A stretch of DNA of 64,000 nt, from NCBI GenBank assembly GCA_902790675.1, contig CADASU010000005.1, forward strand, positions 20,301 to 84,300. The letters run 5' to 3'. The stretch's first letter is position 1. Every line of letters starts with the position of its first letter. The DNA comes from Oscillospiraceae bacterium (GTDB lineage: Bacteria; Bacillota; Clostridia; Oscillospirales; Ruminococcaceae). The position numbers were made by a program, and so were the translations under genes. Shown in pieces: positions 21,865-32,365 of this stretch. The notes beneath the pieces were generated by a model, which did not search any database, was not told where the DNA came from, and saw only the letters and a list, made by a program, of their open reading frames with translations.

Positions 21865-22866
21865 TTAAGACAACGATTCATATACTTTTTTTAATTTATT
21901 ACCTATAATTTTAAAATCACGCTGTGTTGCAACATTATAACTATTTTCAGTAACATCCTTAAGTTTACCAGAAAAGAACAATTTAATTTTAGTTTCAAAT
22001 TCGTCTACATCTTTAGCTTTATAAACATTTTTACCGTCCTCTAACCACTCATCAAATATAGGAATATCTCTTACTATAGCGTTCTGTTTACAAGCACAAG
22101 CTTCTATTATAGGGATGCCTTCCGTTTCTTCTAATGTAGGAAACAAATATAAATCTGCTCCATTCATTGCCTCTTTTATTATATCCGGCGAAACATACCC
22201 TGCAAAAGTCAAATTACTAAGATGGGTTTTTACAGCTTTTCTAACTCGTCTGCCAGAAAAAATTAAAGGACTATATCCAAACCAAATAAACTTATATTGC
22301 GGAAGTCTTCTTGCTAGTTCAACAAAGTCTAAAATTCCTTTTCTAGCTATATATAGCCCTATTCCAAAAATAACTTTATCTTCATTTTTATATTTATACC
22401 TTTGTCTAAATTGTTTTCTCAGCCTATCATCATGTTGGAAAAATTCTAAATTTATACCGTTAGATATATCAACTATTTTTTTCTCTCTAAGTCCTTTATA
22501 TCCACTCAATATTTTTTTGGAATATGGCGTAGGAGTTATTATAATATCCCCCAAAGAATAACACTTTACAAGCCACCATTTAAATATTTTGGATGTTACC
22601 TTACTAAATACAAATCCATTTTTATAGTCTTCTTCAGTAGAATGCGCATGATATACAATTTTCTTTCCACATTTTTTTGCTTTTTTGGCAATAAAATATG
22701 ACTTTGGAAAATACGTATTTATATGTAAAATATAATAATCATCATTTTCGTTTAATGTATAATCAACTCCCGCTAAATCTAGTGCTTTGGTTTGATGTTT
22801 GATAGCTTTTCCCAGCCCAGATTTTCCTACTAATTTTTCATTTTCAGTGTATAACAATATTTTCAC
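21865..22866 (-). CDS. Glycosyltransferase, family 4 (GT-B fold)
   Basis: 333 aa with a C-terminal EETEGIPIIEA (E-x7-E-like) motif. The acceptor is unknown. Confidence 0.75.
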   Translation of the reverse strand: MKILLYTENEKLVGKSGLGKAIKHQTKALDLAGVDYTLNENDDYYILHINTYFPKSYFIAKKAKKCGKKIVYHAHSTEEDYKNGFVFSKVTSKIFKWWLVKCYSLGDIIITPTPYSKKILSGYKGLREKKIVDISNGINLEFFQHDDRLRKQFRQRYKYKNEDKVIFGIGLYIARKGILDFVELARRLPQYKFIWFGYSPLIFSGRRVRKAVKTHLSNLTFAGYVSPDIIKEAMNGADLYLFPTLEETEGIPIIEACACKQNAIVRDIPIFDEWLEDGKNVYKAKDVDEFETKIKLFFSGKLKDVTENSYNVATQRDFKIIGNKLKKVYESLS

Positions 22867-22922
22867 AATAAGACTCCTTTATAGACTATTTTATCAAAAT
22901 ATATAAACATAAATTCATATGC

Positions 22923-23606
22923 CTATATCAATATGCCATATTCTCTCATAGAAATAGATTCGCCATTTTTACCAAACACAAAATGGTCAACTAACGTCAT
23001 TTTTAAAATTTTTAATCCAGAAGCAATTTCTTGAGTTTTCACTTTATCTTGAATAGACGGCGTTGCAACACCATTAGGATGATTATGGGCCAAAACCAGT
23101 CTATCCACATTCCATCTCATAGCAAATTTAATTATTGAATCGCATGAAATGCTGACATTTTTTCTTTCTCCTTGAGCAATAAGCTCACAAGCAACAAATC
23201 TAGCAAAATCATCAATTCCAGCAACAAACAGCGCCTCATTAGTTCTCCCAACAAATTTTGCTTTTAAAAATTCTCTCCACTTGTCTGGTGTATCCATAGT
23301 TTCACCACTCTTGGCCATATCTTCACTATATAATCTAAAAACTTGCGGCAACTGTTTTAAAAGTATAGCAGCATGTTCACCTATTCCGTCAATTTGAATT
23401 AATAATTCATAAGGAGCATTAAGCACTCCAGCAATAGAACCAAAATTTTCTATTAAATCATGTGCTATTTTATTTGTATCGCGCTTCGGTATAGCGTAGA
23501 ACAACAATAATTCTAATACTTCATGTGGCTCAAAACTATCCAAACCGGTTTTCAAGAATCTATTTTTCATTCTACTCCTATGTCCTGCATGTGCATGTTG
23601 AGCCAA
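22923..23606 (-). CDS. radC: RadC-family JAB/MPN domain protein
   Basis: HhH-like N-terminus and LAHNHPNGVATPSIQD, a JAMM-type motif. Confidence 0.85.
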   Translation of the reverse strand: MAQHAHAGHRSRMKNRFLKTGLDSFEPHEVLELLLFYAIPKRDTNKIAHDLIENFGSIAGVLNAPYELLIQIDGIGEHAAILLKQLPQVFRLYSEDMAKSGETMDTPDKWREFLKAKFVGRTNEALFVAGIDDFARFVACELIAQGERKNVSISCDSIIKFAMRWNVDRLVLAHNHPNGVATPSIQDKVKTQEIASGLKILKMTLVDHFVFGKNGESISMREYGILI

Positions 23607-23745
23607 AATAAATCCTCCCCAACAAAATAATAATTATTACACCTGGTTATTATACTACACTAGATAATAAAAATCCAGACCTCATACTATAAACACACAA
23701 ATAGAAATTTTATTTGTTATATATTTATATAAGCTTACGCTAAGT

Positions 23746-23774
23746 TTGACTAAAAATTTTGTATATGTTAAAAT
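23746..23774 (+). promoter_or_regulatory. Sigma-A-type promoter for tyrS
   Basis: TTGACT (23746-23751), a 17-nt spacer, then TAAAAT (23769-23774). Confidence 0.55.
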
Positions 23775-23853
23775 CAAGTACAACAGCTATAGTAAAATAC
23801 AGAAAAATTGATAATATATAATATTTTATTAATATAAAAAAGGAGCCAAACTA

Positions 23854-25077
23854 ATGACAGTTTTTGAAGAATTAAAAAGGCGTGGTTTAATTGCACAAAC
23901 AACACACGAAGAAAAAATCAAACAAATATTAGAAAATGAGCAGTGCAAATTTTATATAGGATTCGACGCAACAGCTAACAGCCTGCATGTTGGCCATTTC
24001 TTGCAACTTATTGTTATGAAAAGGCTTCAGCAAGCTGGCCATATTCCAATAGTTCTGCTGGGAACGGGAACAACCATGGTTGGAGATCCAACCGGTAGAA
24101 CAGACATGCGTCAGATGCTCAGTGAAGATGAAATAAATAGTAATGCTAAGCGCTTTAAAGATCAAATTTCTAAGTTTATAGATTTTTCAGATAATAAAGC
24201 TATGTTTGTTCAAAATGGAAAGTGGCTTTTAAATTTGAACTATATAGAATTTTTGCGCAAAGTAGGTAGATATTTTTCAATAAACAAAATGTTAACTGCT
24301 GAATGCATTAAATCAAGAATGCAACATGGCTTGTCTTTCTTAGAATTCAACTATATGATAATGCAAAGCTACGACTTTTTAAAACTATATCAAGACTTTG
24401 ATTGTAAAATTCAATTAGGTGGCGATGATCAATGGAGCAACATCTTAGGTGGAATTGATTTAATACGAAGAGTTGAACAAAAAGAAGCATACGGCCTAAC
24501 TTTCACTCTTTTAACAACCAAAGACGGTAAAAAAATGGGTAAAACTCAAAAAGGTGCTTTATGGTTAGATCCTGACAAATGTCCTCCTTATGAATTTTTC
24601 CAATATTGGAGAAATGTTGATGATGCTGATGTAATAAAATGTTTAAAATTGCTAACATTCCTCCCTATTGATGAAATCGAAGCAATGGAACAATGGGAAG
24701 GCTCAAAACTGAACGAAGCTAAAGAAATATTAGCTTTTGAACTAACAAAAATGGTTCATGGAGAACAAGCAGCAAATGAATCACTTCAGACGGCTAAATC
24801 ACTGTTTTCTAATAAAACTGACGATGAAAATATGCCAACAACAAATCTTAGTGATTCCCATTTTGAAGGCGATAATATAGGCATTCTTAACATGCTAGTT
24901 ATATGTAATTTATGTAAATCAAACGGAGAAGCTAGGCGCTTAATTGTTCAAGGCGGCATAACAATTAACGGAGAAAAAATTATTGATCCTAAAACAACGC
25001 TAAATAAAAGCGAGCTTTTAAAAGGCATAACAATAAAAAAAGGAAAAAAAGTGTTTCATCGTGTAATATTAAAATAA
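23854..25077 (+). CDS. tyrS: Tyrosine--tRNA ligase
   Basis: HVGH (HIGH motif), KMGKT (KMSKS motif) and a C-terminal S4-like domain. Confidence 0.95.
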   Translation: MTVFEELKRRGLIAQTTHEEKIKQILENEQCKFYIGFDATANSLHVGHFLQLIVMKRLQQAGHIPIVLLGTGTTMVGDPTGRTDMRQMLSEDEINSNAKRFKDQISKFIDFSDNKAMFVQNGKWLLNLNYIEFLRKVGRYFSINKMLTAECIKSRMQHGLSFLEFNYMIMQSYDFLKLYQDFDCKIQLGGDDQWSNILGGIDLIRRVEQKEAYGLTFTLLTTKDGKKMGKTQKGALWLDPDKCPPYEFFQYWRNVDDADVIKCLKLLTFLPIDEIEAMEQWEGSKLNEAKEILAFELTKMVHGEQAANESLQTAKSLFSNKTDDENMPTTNLSDSHFEGDNIGILNMLVICNLCKSNGEARRLIVQGGITINGEKIIDPKTTLNKSELLKGITIKKGKKVFHRVILK

Positions 25078-25100
25078 TACTCAGTGTATTTTTATTTCAG

Positions 25101-25153
25101 AAAAAATAATCAACTAGAATATTGTTATATATACTCTAGTTGATTATAATTTT
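25101..25153. terminator. Bidirectional terminator between convergent tyrS and trxB
   Basis: Perfect 11-bp stem AATCAACTAGA (25108-25118) / TCTAGTTGATT (25135-25145), flanked by an A-run on the left and a T-rich tract on the right. Confidence 0.6.
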
Positions 25154-25168
25154 GTAATTGTATAATAT

Positions 25169-26083
25169 TTAATTTATATGGTTAATATATTCTGCAGCTG
25201 CTAAAGCAGCAATTGCTCCATCGGAAGCCGCTGTAACTAACTGACGAATTTTCTTGGTTCTAACATCCCCAGCAACAAATACGCCACAAGTCTTTGTTTC
25301 ACAGTCCTCACCCGCAACAATATATCCCTGTTCATCTAAATCTACCCATTTCGAAAATTCCCTACTATTTGGAATAGATCCAACGGCAACAAACAAACCA
25401 TTTAACGGTAAGCTTGTCTTTTCATTTGTGATAGTATCAGTCAAAATCACATTTTCCATTAAATTTTTTCCTTCTATACTGTCTACAACACTGTTTAACT
25501 TTAATGTTATATTTTTTCTCTGCTTCATAATCTTTACACTTCGTTCAGAAGCTCTAAATTCATTTCTCCTGTGTATAACATAAACATGTTTACATATATT
25601 AGACAAATATATAGCATCTTCTACAGCTGTATTTCCTCCACCAACTATTCCAACAATCTTATTCTTAAAGAATCTGCCATCACATGTTGCACAATAAGTA
25701 ACGCCTCTGCCTCTAAACTGTTCTTCACCCTTACAGCCTAATTCTCGTCTGCGAGTTCCCGTAGCAATAATAACTGCTTTTGAATTATATTCATTATTAT
25801 CTGTAATAATGGTTTTATTTTTTTGTTCCAGATCTATTTTACATATTTGTTCATTTTTTATATCAACACCTAAATCTACAGCTTGAGATTGTAATTTTTG
25901 AGAAAAATCTAATCCACTAATATTTTTAAAACCAGGATAATTGATTATATCAGGCGTATTTACTATTTGTCCCCCACACGTTTGATTTTCAATACACAAA
26001 ACCTTTAAACCAGAACAAGCAGCGTATATTGAAGCGGTTAATCCTGCAGTCCCTGCTCCCAGTATAATTAAATCATAATTCAT
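25169..26083 (-). CDS. trxB: Thioredoxin-disulfide reductase
   Basis: GAGTAGLTA FAD motif, redox-active CATCDG and GGGNTA NADPH motif. Confidence 0.9.
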   Translation of the reverse strand: MNYDLIILGAGTAGLTASIYAACSGLKVLCIENQTCGGQIVNTPDIINYPGFKNISGLDFSQKLQSQAVDLGVDIKNEQICKIDLEQKNKTIITDNNEYNSKAVIIATGTRRRELGCKGEEQFRGRGVTYCATCDGRFFKNKIVGIVGGGNTAVEDAIYLSNICKHVYVIHRRNEFRASERSVKIMKQRKNITLKLNSVVDSIEGKNLMENVILTDTITNEKTSLPLNGLFVAVGSIPNSREFSKWVDLDEQGYIVAGEDCETKTCGVFVAGDVRTKKIRQLVTAASDGAIAALAAAEYINHIN

Positions 26084-26199
26084 AGTTATTAGCCCTCCTA
26101 TCTACATGTAATATTACTATTAACATTATTGTACTCAATTTAACAAATATATTCAACCTTAAAAAAATACTACACATTAAAAACTATAGGAGTGATTGT

Positions 26200-26829
26200 A
26201 TGACAAAAAAACAAAAAATAAAAATAATAATTGAGCGCTTAAAACTTAGATATCCCAATGCATCATGTTCTTTAGAATATGACGAGCCATATAAACTATT
26301 AATTGCTACAAGACTAGCAGCACAATGTACAGATGCTAGAGTAAACATTGTAACTCAAAAGCTTTTTAAACAATATCCAACCATGAAACAACTGGCCAAT
26401 GCAAATGTAATAGACATTATCAACATAGTAAAACCTTGCGGACTTGGCAATACAAAAGGAAAAGACATAGTTAAAATTTGTAAACAATTAACGAGTCAAT
26501 TCGAAGGAAAAGTCCCAGATAATATGAACGACTTACTTTCACTATCTGGCGTTGGCAGAAAAACAGCAAATTTAATTTTAGGTGACATATATAAAAAGCC
26601 CGCTATAGTAACAGACACGCATCTTATTAGAATTTCCAATCGATTAGGATTGGTAGACGAAAAAAGCCCAAAAAAAATTGAACTAATACTTTTAAAAATA
26701 GTTCCACCAAAAGAAAGTTCAGATTTCTGCCACAGAATTGTTAACTTCGGAAGAGATGTCTGCACAGCTAGAAATCCTAAATGCAATAGCTGTGAACTTA
26801 AAGATGTTTGTACATTTTTTAATAGCTAA
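26200..26829 (+). CDS. nth: Endonuclease III
   Basis: HhH-GPD motif (LSGVGRKTANLIL) and C-terminal 4Fe-4S loop CTARNPKCNSCELKDVC. Confidence 0.9.
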   Translation: MTKKQKIKIIIERLKLRYPNASCSLEYDEPYKLLIATRLAAQCTDARVNIVTQKLFKQYPTMKQLANANVIDIINIVKPCGLGNTKGKDIVKICKQLTSQFEGKVPDNMNDLLSLSGVGRKTANLILGDIYKKPAIVTDTHLIRISNRLGLVDEKSPKKIELILLKIVPPKESSDFCHRIVNFGRDVCTARNPKCNSCELKDVCTFFNS

Positions 26830-26865
26830 ACGCACAAATGCTAATTATTTTGCATAAATATTAGT

Positions 26866-27585
26866 ATGGGTGGTGGTTATTTGAAGTCATACAGAAAAAA
26901 GAAAAAAAAACTATCCCATAAATTTATAATATTAGGGATATTATTTTTAATATTAGCTTTTTTTCTAGATGTTCGCACAAGACCAACTGTAATCAATATG
27001 TGTAACTACCATCTTGATCAATTTGCAACAACAAAAATAAATGAAGCAATTATGGAATCAATAAAAGAACTAAATTATAACTATGATGACTACACAACTA
27101 TACAAACTAGTCCAGACGGCAAAATATTAGCCATCCACTCAAATGCAAGGCAAATAACAAATATGCATACAAGCGTAATGAACAAAGTCGACCGTGCAAT
27201 TGAAAAATTTAACTCTCAAACAATAGACCTACATACAGGGTCACTTTCGGGGATAGTATGGCTTTCAGGACTGGGGCCCATTGTTTCAATAAAAGTAACT
27301 CCAAAAGGAAAAACCAGCTCAGAAATAGTAAGCATTTTAGAAGAAGCAGGCATTAATCAGACATTACATAAAATAAAGCTAAAAGTCGTTGCAAATATAG
27401 CGGGCTTCATTCCCGGATATTCAACAGAAATTCAAGCAAAATGCGAATATGTATTGGCAGAATCTTTAATTGTAGGATCCGTTCCCAACCACTATACTAA
27501 AATTATATCTAATGGAAAAGAAAGTGAATCAAATATGTATGCATACACAAATCCTAATTGCAACGATGATTCAAAAAACGAATAA
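26866..27585 (+). CDS. Sporulation protein YunB-like
   Basis: Basic N-terminus, a single TM segment, then a domain of about 190 aa whose layout (RPTVINMCNYHLDQFATTKINEAI...) recalls YunB. Call from memory only. Confidence 0.5.
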   Translation: MGGGYLKSYRKKKKKLSHKFIILGILFLILAFFLDVRTRPTVINMCNYHLDQFATTKINEAIMESIKELNYNYDDYTTIQTSPDGKILAIHSNARQITNMHTSVMNKVDRAIEKFNSQTIDLHTGSLSGIVWLSGLGPIVSIKVTPKGKTSSEIVSILEEAGINQTLHKIKLKVVANIAGFIPGYSTEIQAKCEYVLAESLIVGSVPNHYTKIISNGKESESNMYAYTNPNCNDDSKNE

Positions 27586-27591
27586 TATTTT

Positions 27592-29979
27592 CTACTTCAA
27601 TTTAGCGATTGTCACTCCATCTTCTCCCTCACCAAAAACTCCCAACCGTTTCTCACAAACACTAGGATGTTTCTTTAAATGGCTATTAATAGCTTTTCTT
27701 AAAACACCTGTTCCTTTGCCATGAATAATAGTTATATTTTCTATATTAGATAGAACACATTGATCTATAAAGCGATCTAGGGAGATTATTGCTTCTTCAA
27801 CATTTTGCCCACGCAAATCAATCTCTGTTGTAACACTTCTCTTAGACTTACTAACAATCGATTTTTTAACTCCAGAACGCTTTTTACTATTCTTACTTTT
27901 TTTAATAAGTCTTAAATTATCTAATGAAACTCTAACTTTCATTAAACCCATTCCAACAAGAACTTTTTCATTTTTGTCCGGCTCAGACAAAACTCTTCCC
28001 TTTTTGTTTATATCATAAATTAAAACATCATCGCCTATTTCTAGTTTTCTTGGCAAAGTATAGTCTTTATTTTTTCTACTGATGACCGGGTTTGCTTTTT
28101 CATATAAATTATCAACGCTGTTTTTCAAAATTGAATTTGTTCTCGAAATCAAATTATTAACATTATCTTTTTCTTTTTTCTTTTTTATTTCTTTTAGTTC
28201 TTCCAATATTCTATTAGACTCTATCCTAACACTATCTACAATATATCTTGCTTTATTTTGAGCATCATCTAAATCATTTTGAATTTTATTTTCTATTTTT
28301 TCTTGTTTTTCTTTAAGTTCACGCTTTATATTCTCAATTTTATTCATTTCTTCTCGCTGCACACATAAATTATTTTCATACTCTTTGCGCAACTTTTCAA
28401 GCTTATTAGCAATTTTAATAAAATCATTTTTCTGACTTGATAATAATCCTCTAGCTCTATCAATTAAATTATGTTTTAACCCTATTTTTTGAGATATTTC
28501 AAAAGCATTCGACTGCCCAGGAACACCTATCATAAGATTATAAGTCGGAGTAAGCGTATCTATATCAAACTCAAAACAAGCATTTTCTACATTATCATGT
28601 TCTAAGGCATACATTTTAAGCTCAGTATAGTGAGTTGTTGCAGCAAAACAAGCATTTTTGCTAAGTATATCCTCAATAATGGCAACTGCCAACGATGCTC
28701 CTTCTTCAGGGTCGGTCCCAGCTCCTAATTCGTCCATTAAAACCAATGACCTACTGTTCACTGTATCTAAAATAGAAACTATATTCAGCATATGCGAAGA
28801 AAATGTTGATAGAGAACTTTCTATGCTTTGTCCATCACCAATATCAACCAAAATATTATCAAAAACCGATATTTTACTGTTTTCAGCAACAGGAATTAAA
28901 AGCCCACACATAACCATCAAAGTCAACAGTCCCACAGTTTTTAGTGCAGCAGTCTTGCCCCCAGTATTAGGCCCTGTAATAATTAACCCTCTAAATTTAT
29001 CTCCAACTTCAATATCTATAGGGACAACTTTTTTACTATCTATAAGTGGATGTCTTGCCTTATTTAAACATATTTCACCATTATTGACTATTCGAGGTAA
29101 TGTTGCATTCATTTTTATAGCAAGTCTAGCTTTAGCAAATATCAAGTCTAAATTTAAAATGTTTTTATAATTACTTTTTATAACGTCCGAAAATTCCATA
29201 CATTTTTCAGTAAGTTTTTGTAAAATTGTCTTTATTTCTTCAGCTTCCATGGCCAACATAAGCCTTAAGTCATTATTGGCGTTTACAACAACATTAGGCT
29301 CAATAAAAATAGTTGATCCACTGGCAGACATATCGTGAACAAGCCCAGATATTCTGCCTTTATATTCAGCTTTCAATGGTATAACATACCTGCCATCTCG
29401 CACTGTAATTATATTATCTTGAAGATATTTTTGGCTGGAGCCTTTTGTTAAATGTTCTAAAATATTTCTAATTTTTTGTTGTTGTTTTCTTATTGAAGTT
29501 CTTACTCTTTTTAACTCATAACTAGCATCATCTGAAACATTGTCGTCAGATAAAATACTTTTAAATATTAACTTTTCTAATTCAGTGTTCTCAATCAAAT
29601 TTTCAAAATAAGACTTTAAACATTTACTATTTTCCTGCCCGTTTTCATAAAATTTTCTTAAAATTCTAGCTTGGCGAAAAATTAAACCTATATTTAAAAT
29701 TTCACGTTGATTCATAGATATTCCAGAAAAAGCACGTTTTAGCTCTATTTCAGGAGATGATATATTAGAAATTTCAGGATCCCCAAAACGACAAGTCATG
29801 ACAAAAGCTTCGTCTGTTTCACTGACAAGCTTCTTCACAACATGTTCTTCATAAGATGGAAACAAATTTAATACAAGATTTTTAGTGTCATCACAGCTTG
29901 TAAATTCCAAAAGCATCTCTAAAACTTTGTTTAGTTCTAACATATCGCAACTTTTTTTTAGACTATACATTTTTATCAC
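27592..29979 (-). CDS. mutS2: Endonuclease MutS2
   Basis: GPNTGGKT Walker A, DELGAGTD, a long coiled-coil and a C-terminal Smr domain (IDLRGQNVEEA...IIHGKGTGVLR). Confidence 0.92.
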   Translation of the reverse strand: MIKMYSLKKSCDMLELNKVLEMLLEFTSCDDTKNLVLNLFPSYEEHVVKKLVSETDEAFVMTCRFGDPEISNISSPEIELKRAFSGISMNQREILNIGLIFRQARILRKFYENGQENSKCLKSYFENLIENTELEKLIFKSILSDDNVSDDASYELKRVRTSIRKQQQKIRNILEHLTKGSSQKYLQDNIITVRDGRYVIPLKAEYKGRISGLVHDMSASGSTIFIEPNVVVNANNDLRLMLAMEAEEIKTILQKLTEKCMEFSDVIKSNYKNILNLDLIFAKARLAIKMNATLPRIVNNGEICLNKARHPLIDSKKVVPIDIEVGDKFRGLIITGPNTGGKTAALKTVGLLTLMVMCGLLIPVAENSKISVFDNILVDIGDGQSIESSLSTFSSHMLNIVSILDTVNSRSLVLMDELGAGTDPEEGASLAVAIIEDILSKNACFAATTHYTELKMYALEHDNVENACFEFDIDTLTPTYNLMIGVPGQSNAFEISQKIGLKHNLIDRARGLLSSQKNDFIKIANKLEKLRKEYENNLCVQREEMNKIENIKRELKEKQEKIENKIQNDLDDAQNKARYIVDSVRIESNRILEELKEIKKKKEKDNVNNLISRTNSILKNSVDNLYEKANPVISRKNKDYTLPRKLEIGDDVLIYDINKKGRVLSEPDKNEKVLVGMGLMKVRVSLDNLRLIKKSKNSKKRSGVKKSIVSKSKRSVTTEIDLRGQNVEEAIISLDRFIDQCVLSNIENITIIHGKGTGVLRKAINSHLKKHPSVCEKRLGVFGEGEDGVTIAKLK

Positions 29980-30734
29980 CCAAACTCACCAGTAAATTGA
30001 TGATATATTTTTAACGTAACGAGTTCTTTCTCAACATAAATCAAAATAATTTTTTCAACTAATTTTGAAAGAAAATCTAACTGACTTGCTTCAAGTTTAA
30101 ATTTAAAAATATCCTTATCGTCCTTATATATTATATATCTCATAGCATGAAGAACTGGCTTAGTAAGTTTAATTTCACCGCCATAGCTACTCTCTTTTAG
30201 ACAATCACCACAAACCAAAATTCCCTGAGCGGGAACATAAAACATATGTTTCTTTTCATAGTTACAGCAAACTTTACAACACACTAAATTTGGCATATAT
30301 CCAGAAAGTGATAATAGCCTTAATTCAAAAACACACTTTATAAATTTATTTTCATATACATTTTTTTGTAGAAGCCACAAAGAGTTCAAAAGTAAATTCA
30401 AATGCCTAGATGCCCGCTGCTTAGATGGCACTAATAAATATGTAAGTTCGCAAAAATATTGAGCAAGCGCCAACTTCTCTGGATCGTAACGTAAGTCAAA
30501 AAATTGTTCTATCGCCTCGGCAGAATCTATAACACAGCCATATCTTCCATCAAATACATTAAAATGATAATATCCCAAAACATTAATATTTCTAAAAACA
30601 CTTTTATTTACCTGCCCAAAAACACGCACTCTAGAATTTAAAAGACCTCTTTCGGGCGTCAACAAAGTTATATATTTTTGCTCATTGAGACAACTCCTCT
30701 GTTTTAGCACTATTCCTGTTGTCTTGAAATGCAT
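29976..30734 (-). CDS. recO: DNA repair protein RecO
   Basis: OB-fold N-terminus and Cys4 zinc motif (CCKVC...CGDC), in era-recO synteny. Start trimmed to MHFKTTG (AGGAG, 7 nt, ATG). Confidence 0.85.
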   Translation of the reverse strand: MHFKTTGIVLKQRSCLNEQKYITLLTPERGLLNSRVRVFGQVNKSVFRNINVLGYYHFNVFDGRYGCVIDSAEAIEQFFDLRYDPEKLALAQYFCELTYLLVPSKQRASRHLNLLLNSLWLLQKNVYENKFIKCVFELRLLSLSGYMPNLVCCKVCCNYEKKHMFYVPAQGILVCGDCLKESSYGGEIKLTKPVLHAMRYIIYKDDKDIFKFKLEASQLDFLSKLVEKIILIYVEKELVTLKIYHQFTGEFG

Positions 30735-30828
30735 TTTTATTCTCCTGTTCAATTTTACAATACTTTAAATAGTCTTTTACAAGTCCTGTTTGTTCAAAAA
30801 TCTCCCACTTCTGCTCCTTTTTGTCCAT
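30682..30828 (-). CDS. YqzL-like small protein (48 aa)
   Basis: Absent from the ORF track (too short). GAGGTG, 7 nt, then ATG 30828. It translates to MDKKEQKWEIFEQTGLVKDYLKYCKIEQENKNAFQDNRNSAKTEELSQ. The W..F..TG....YL..K pattern and the position between era and recO match Bacillus yqzL. The 3' end overlaps the recO start. Confidence 0.45.
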   Translation of the reverse strand: MDKKEQKWEIFEQTGLVKDYLKYCKIEQENKNAFQDNRNSAKTEELSQ

Positions 30829-30902
30829 AATTAATCACCTCTACAAATTATTATTAGTAAAAGATGAATGTTTTATACAACTAGAAAGTATCGACATCAA
30901 AA

Positions 30903-31796
30903 CTAATCGTCAACAGATAAGCCCAACATTTTTAAAATACTGCTTTGATTTTTCCAATTATCTTTAACCTTAACCCAACACTTCAAATTTACTTTGCACT
31001 TAAAAAATTTTTCCATATCTACCCTAGCTTGAGTAGCAATCTTTTTTAACATACTTCCATTTTTTCCAATGATTATTCCTTTGTGATTAAATCTATAGCA
31101 ATATATCAAACAATCTATATCTAAGCAGTTCTTTCTCTCTTTCATTTTTTCTGTAAAAACTGCTACACCATGAGGTATTTCATCACGAATGTTCAACAAT
31201 AACTTTTCTCTTAAAATTTCAGCAGCTAAAAATCGCTCCGATTTATCTGTAATCATATCATCAGGAAAAAAATGCTCACTTTCAATTTGATATTTTTTTA
31301 TTTCCAGCATCAAATCTGATATACCCTCATTAAACATCGCTGATATAGGAACTATTGCACTAAAATTATAAGCATTATTATATACATCAATCACTCTCAT
31401 TATATCTGTTTTATCAGCAACCAGATCTATTTTATTTATAGCCAAAATCACAGGCATATTTAGCAGTTTAAAGCGATTAATAAATTCTTCTTCTGCCTTA
31501 GCTATTTTAATTGTTGGCTCAACAACCATTAATACTAAATCAACATCATTAACACTGTTTTTTACTATTTTCGTCATGTTTTGTCCAAGCATATCCTTAG
31601 ATTTAAATAGCCCCGGCGTGTCTAAAAAAACATATTGTTCAAGACCATTTGTAACAACACCAACTATTCTATTCCTAGTTGTTTGAGGTCTATTAGACAC
31701 AATAGCTATTTTTTCGCCTACTAAACTATTAATAAGCGATGATTTTCCAACATTTGGTTTTCCAACTATAGCAACAAATGCCGTTGTTTTATTCAT
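30903..31796 (-). CDS. era: GTPase Era
   Basis: GKPNVGKSSL, DTPG and NKID motifs with a C-terminal KH domain. Confidence 0.95.
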   Translation of the reverse strand: MNKTTAFVAIVGKPNVGKSSLINSLVGEKIAIVSNRPQTTRNRIVGVVTNGLEQYVFLDTPGLFKSKDMLGQNMTKIVKNSVNDVDLVLMVVEPTIKIAKAEEEFINRFKLLNMPVILAINKIDLVADKTDIMRVIDVYNNAYNFSAIVPISAMFNEGISDLMLEIKKYQIESEHFFPDDMITDKSERFLAAEILREKLLLNIRDEIPHGVAVFTEKMKERKNCLDIDCLIYCYRFNHKGIIIGKNGSMLKKIATQARVDMEKFFKCKVNLKCWVKVKDNWKNQSSILKMLGLSVDD

Positions 31797-31822
31797 AATA
31801 TATCACACTTTACTAAAAAATA

Positions 31823-32365
31823 TTAAAATTTATTTTTATTTTTTGGAGTATAAATCTTAACCTTGTCAATTTTAGTTGATTTCTTAGGAATTTTAAGCTT
31901 AACCCCTTTAAAAACAAATAAAAAGCCACCAATTAATGACATCAAAAACAAACTAATAAGAAACGGATTGCTCCATATTTTCGAAAAAGCCTCTAATAAT
32001 CGATCTGGCTCACCAAACAAAATAGTGCCTACTATGATTGCAATAATTGCAACCACAAACACAGCTCCCGCTGCAACATCTTTAGCTATTCTAGCCAAAT
32101 TATGATATGCTGGAGAGCCCAAATTAACCAAAGTTTCAATAGATGTATTAATCATTTCACAAAGCAAAACAAACCCAATAGTAATAAACAACAAAATATA
32201 TTCGGTTCTGCTAAGCCCATATATTAATGCAAACAATAATATATTCACCGCTACAGCAAGGTGTATTCTCATGTTTCGTTCATTTCCTATACAATATACC
32301 ACACCTCTGATTGCATAAGAAAAGCTTTTTTTCAAGCTACGAAAATCACTCCAACTAATCTTCAT
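31823..32365 (-). CDS. dgkA: Diacylglycerol/undecaprenol kinase family membrane protein
   Basis: Prokaryotic DAGK pattern (FSYAIRG, E..NTSIE, AKD.AAGAV) with three or more TM segments, downstream of ybeY. Confidence 0.8.
   Translation of the reverse strand: MKISWSDFRSLKKSFSYAIRGVVYCIGNERNMRIHLAVAVNILLFALIYGLSRTEYILLFITIGFVLLCEMINTSIETLVNLGSPAYHNLARIAKDVAAGAVFVVAIIAIIVGTILFGEPDRLLEAFSKIWSNPFLISLFLMSLIGGFLFVFKGVKLKIPKKSTKIDKVKIYTPKNKNKF

Noticed and set aside
23607-23853. Expected a T-box riboswitch leader upstream of tyrS.
   Set aside because: I found no specifier or T-box consensus (AATTAGGGTGGTACCGCG-like) and no terminator/antiterminator pair. I saw only a plain promoter and a short leader. 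tyrS appears not to be T-box regulated here, though this would need a covariance-model scan to confirm.
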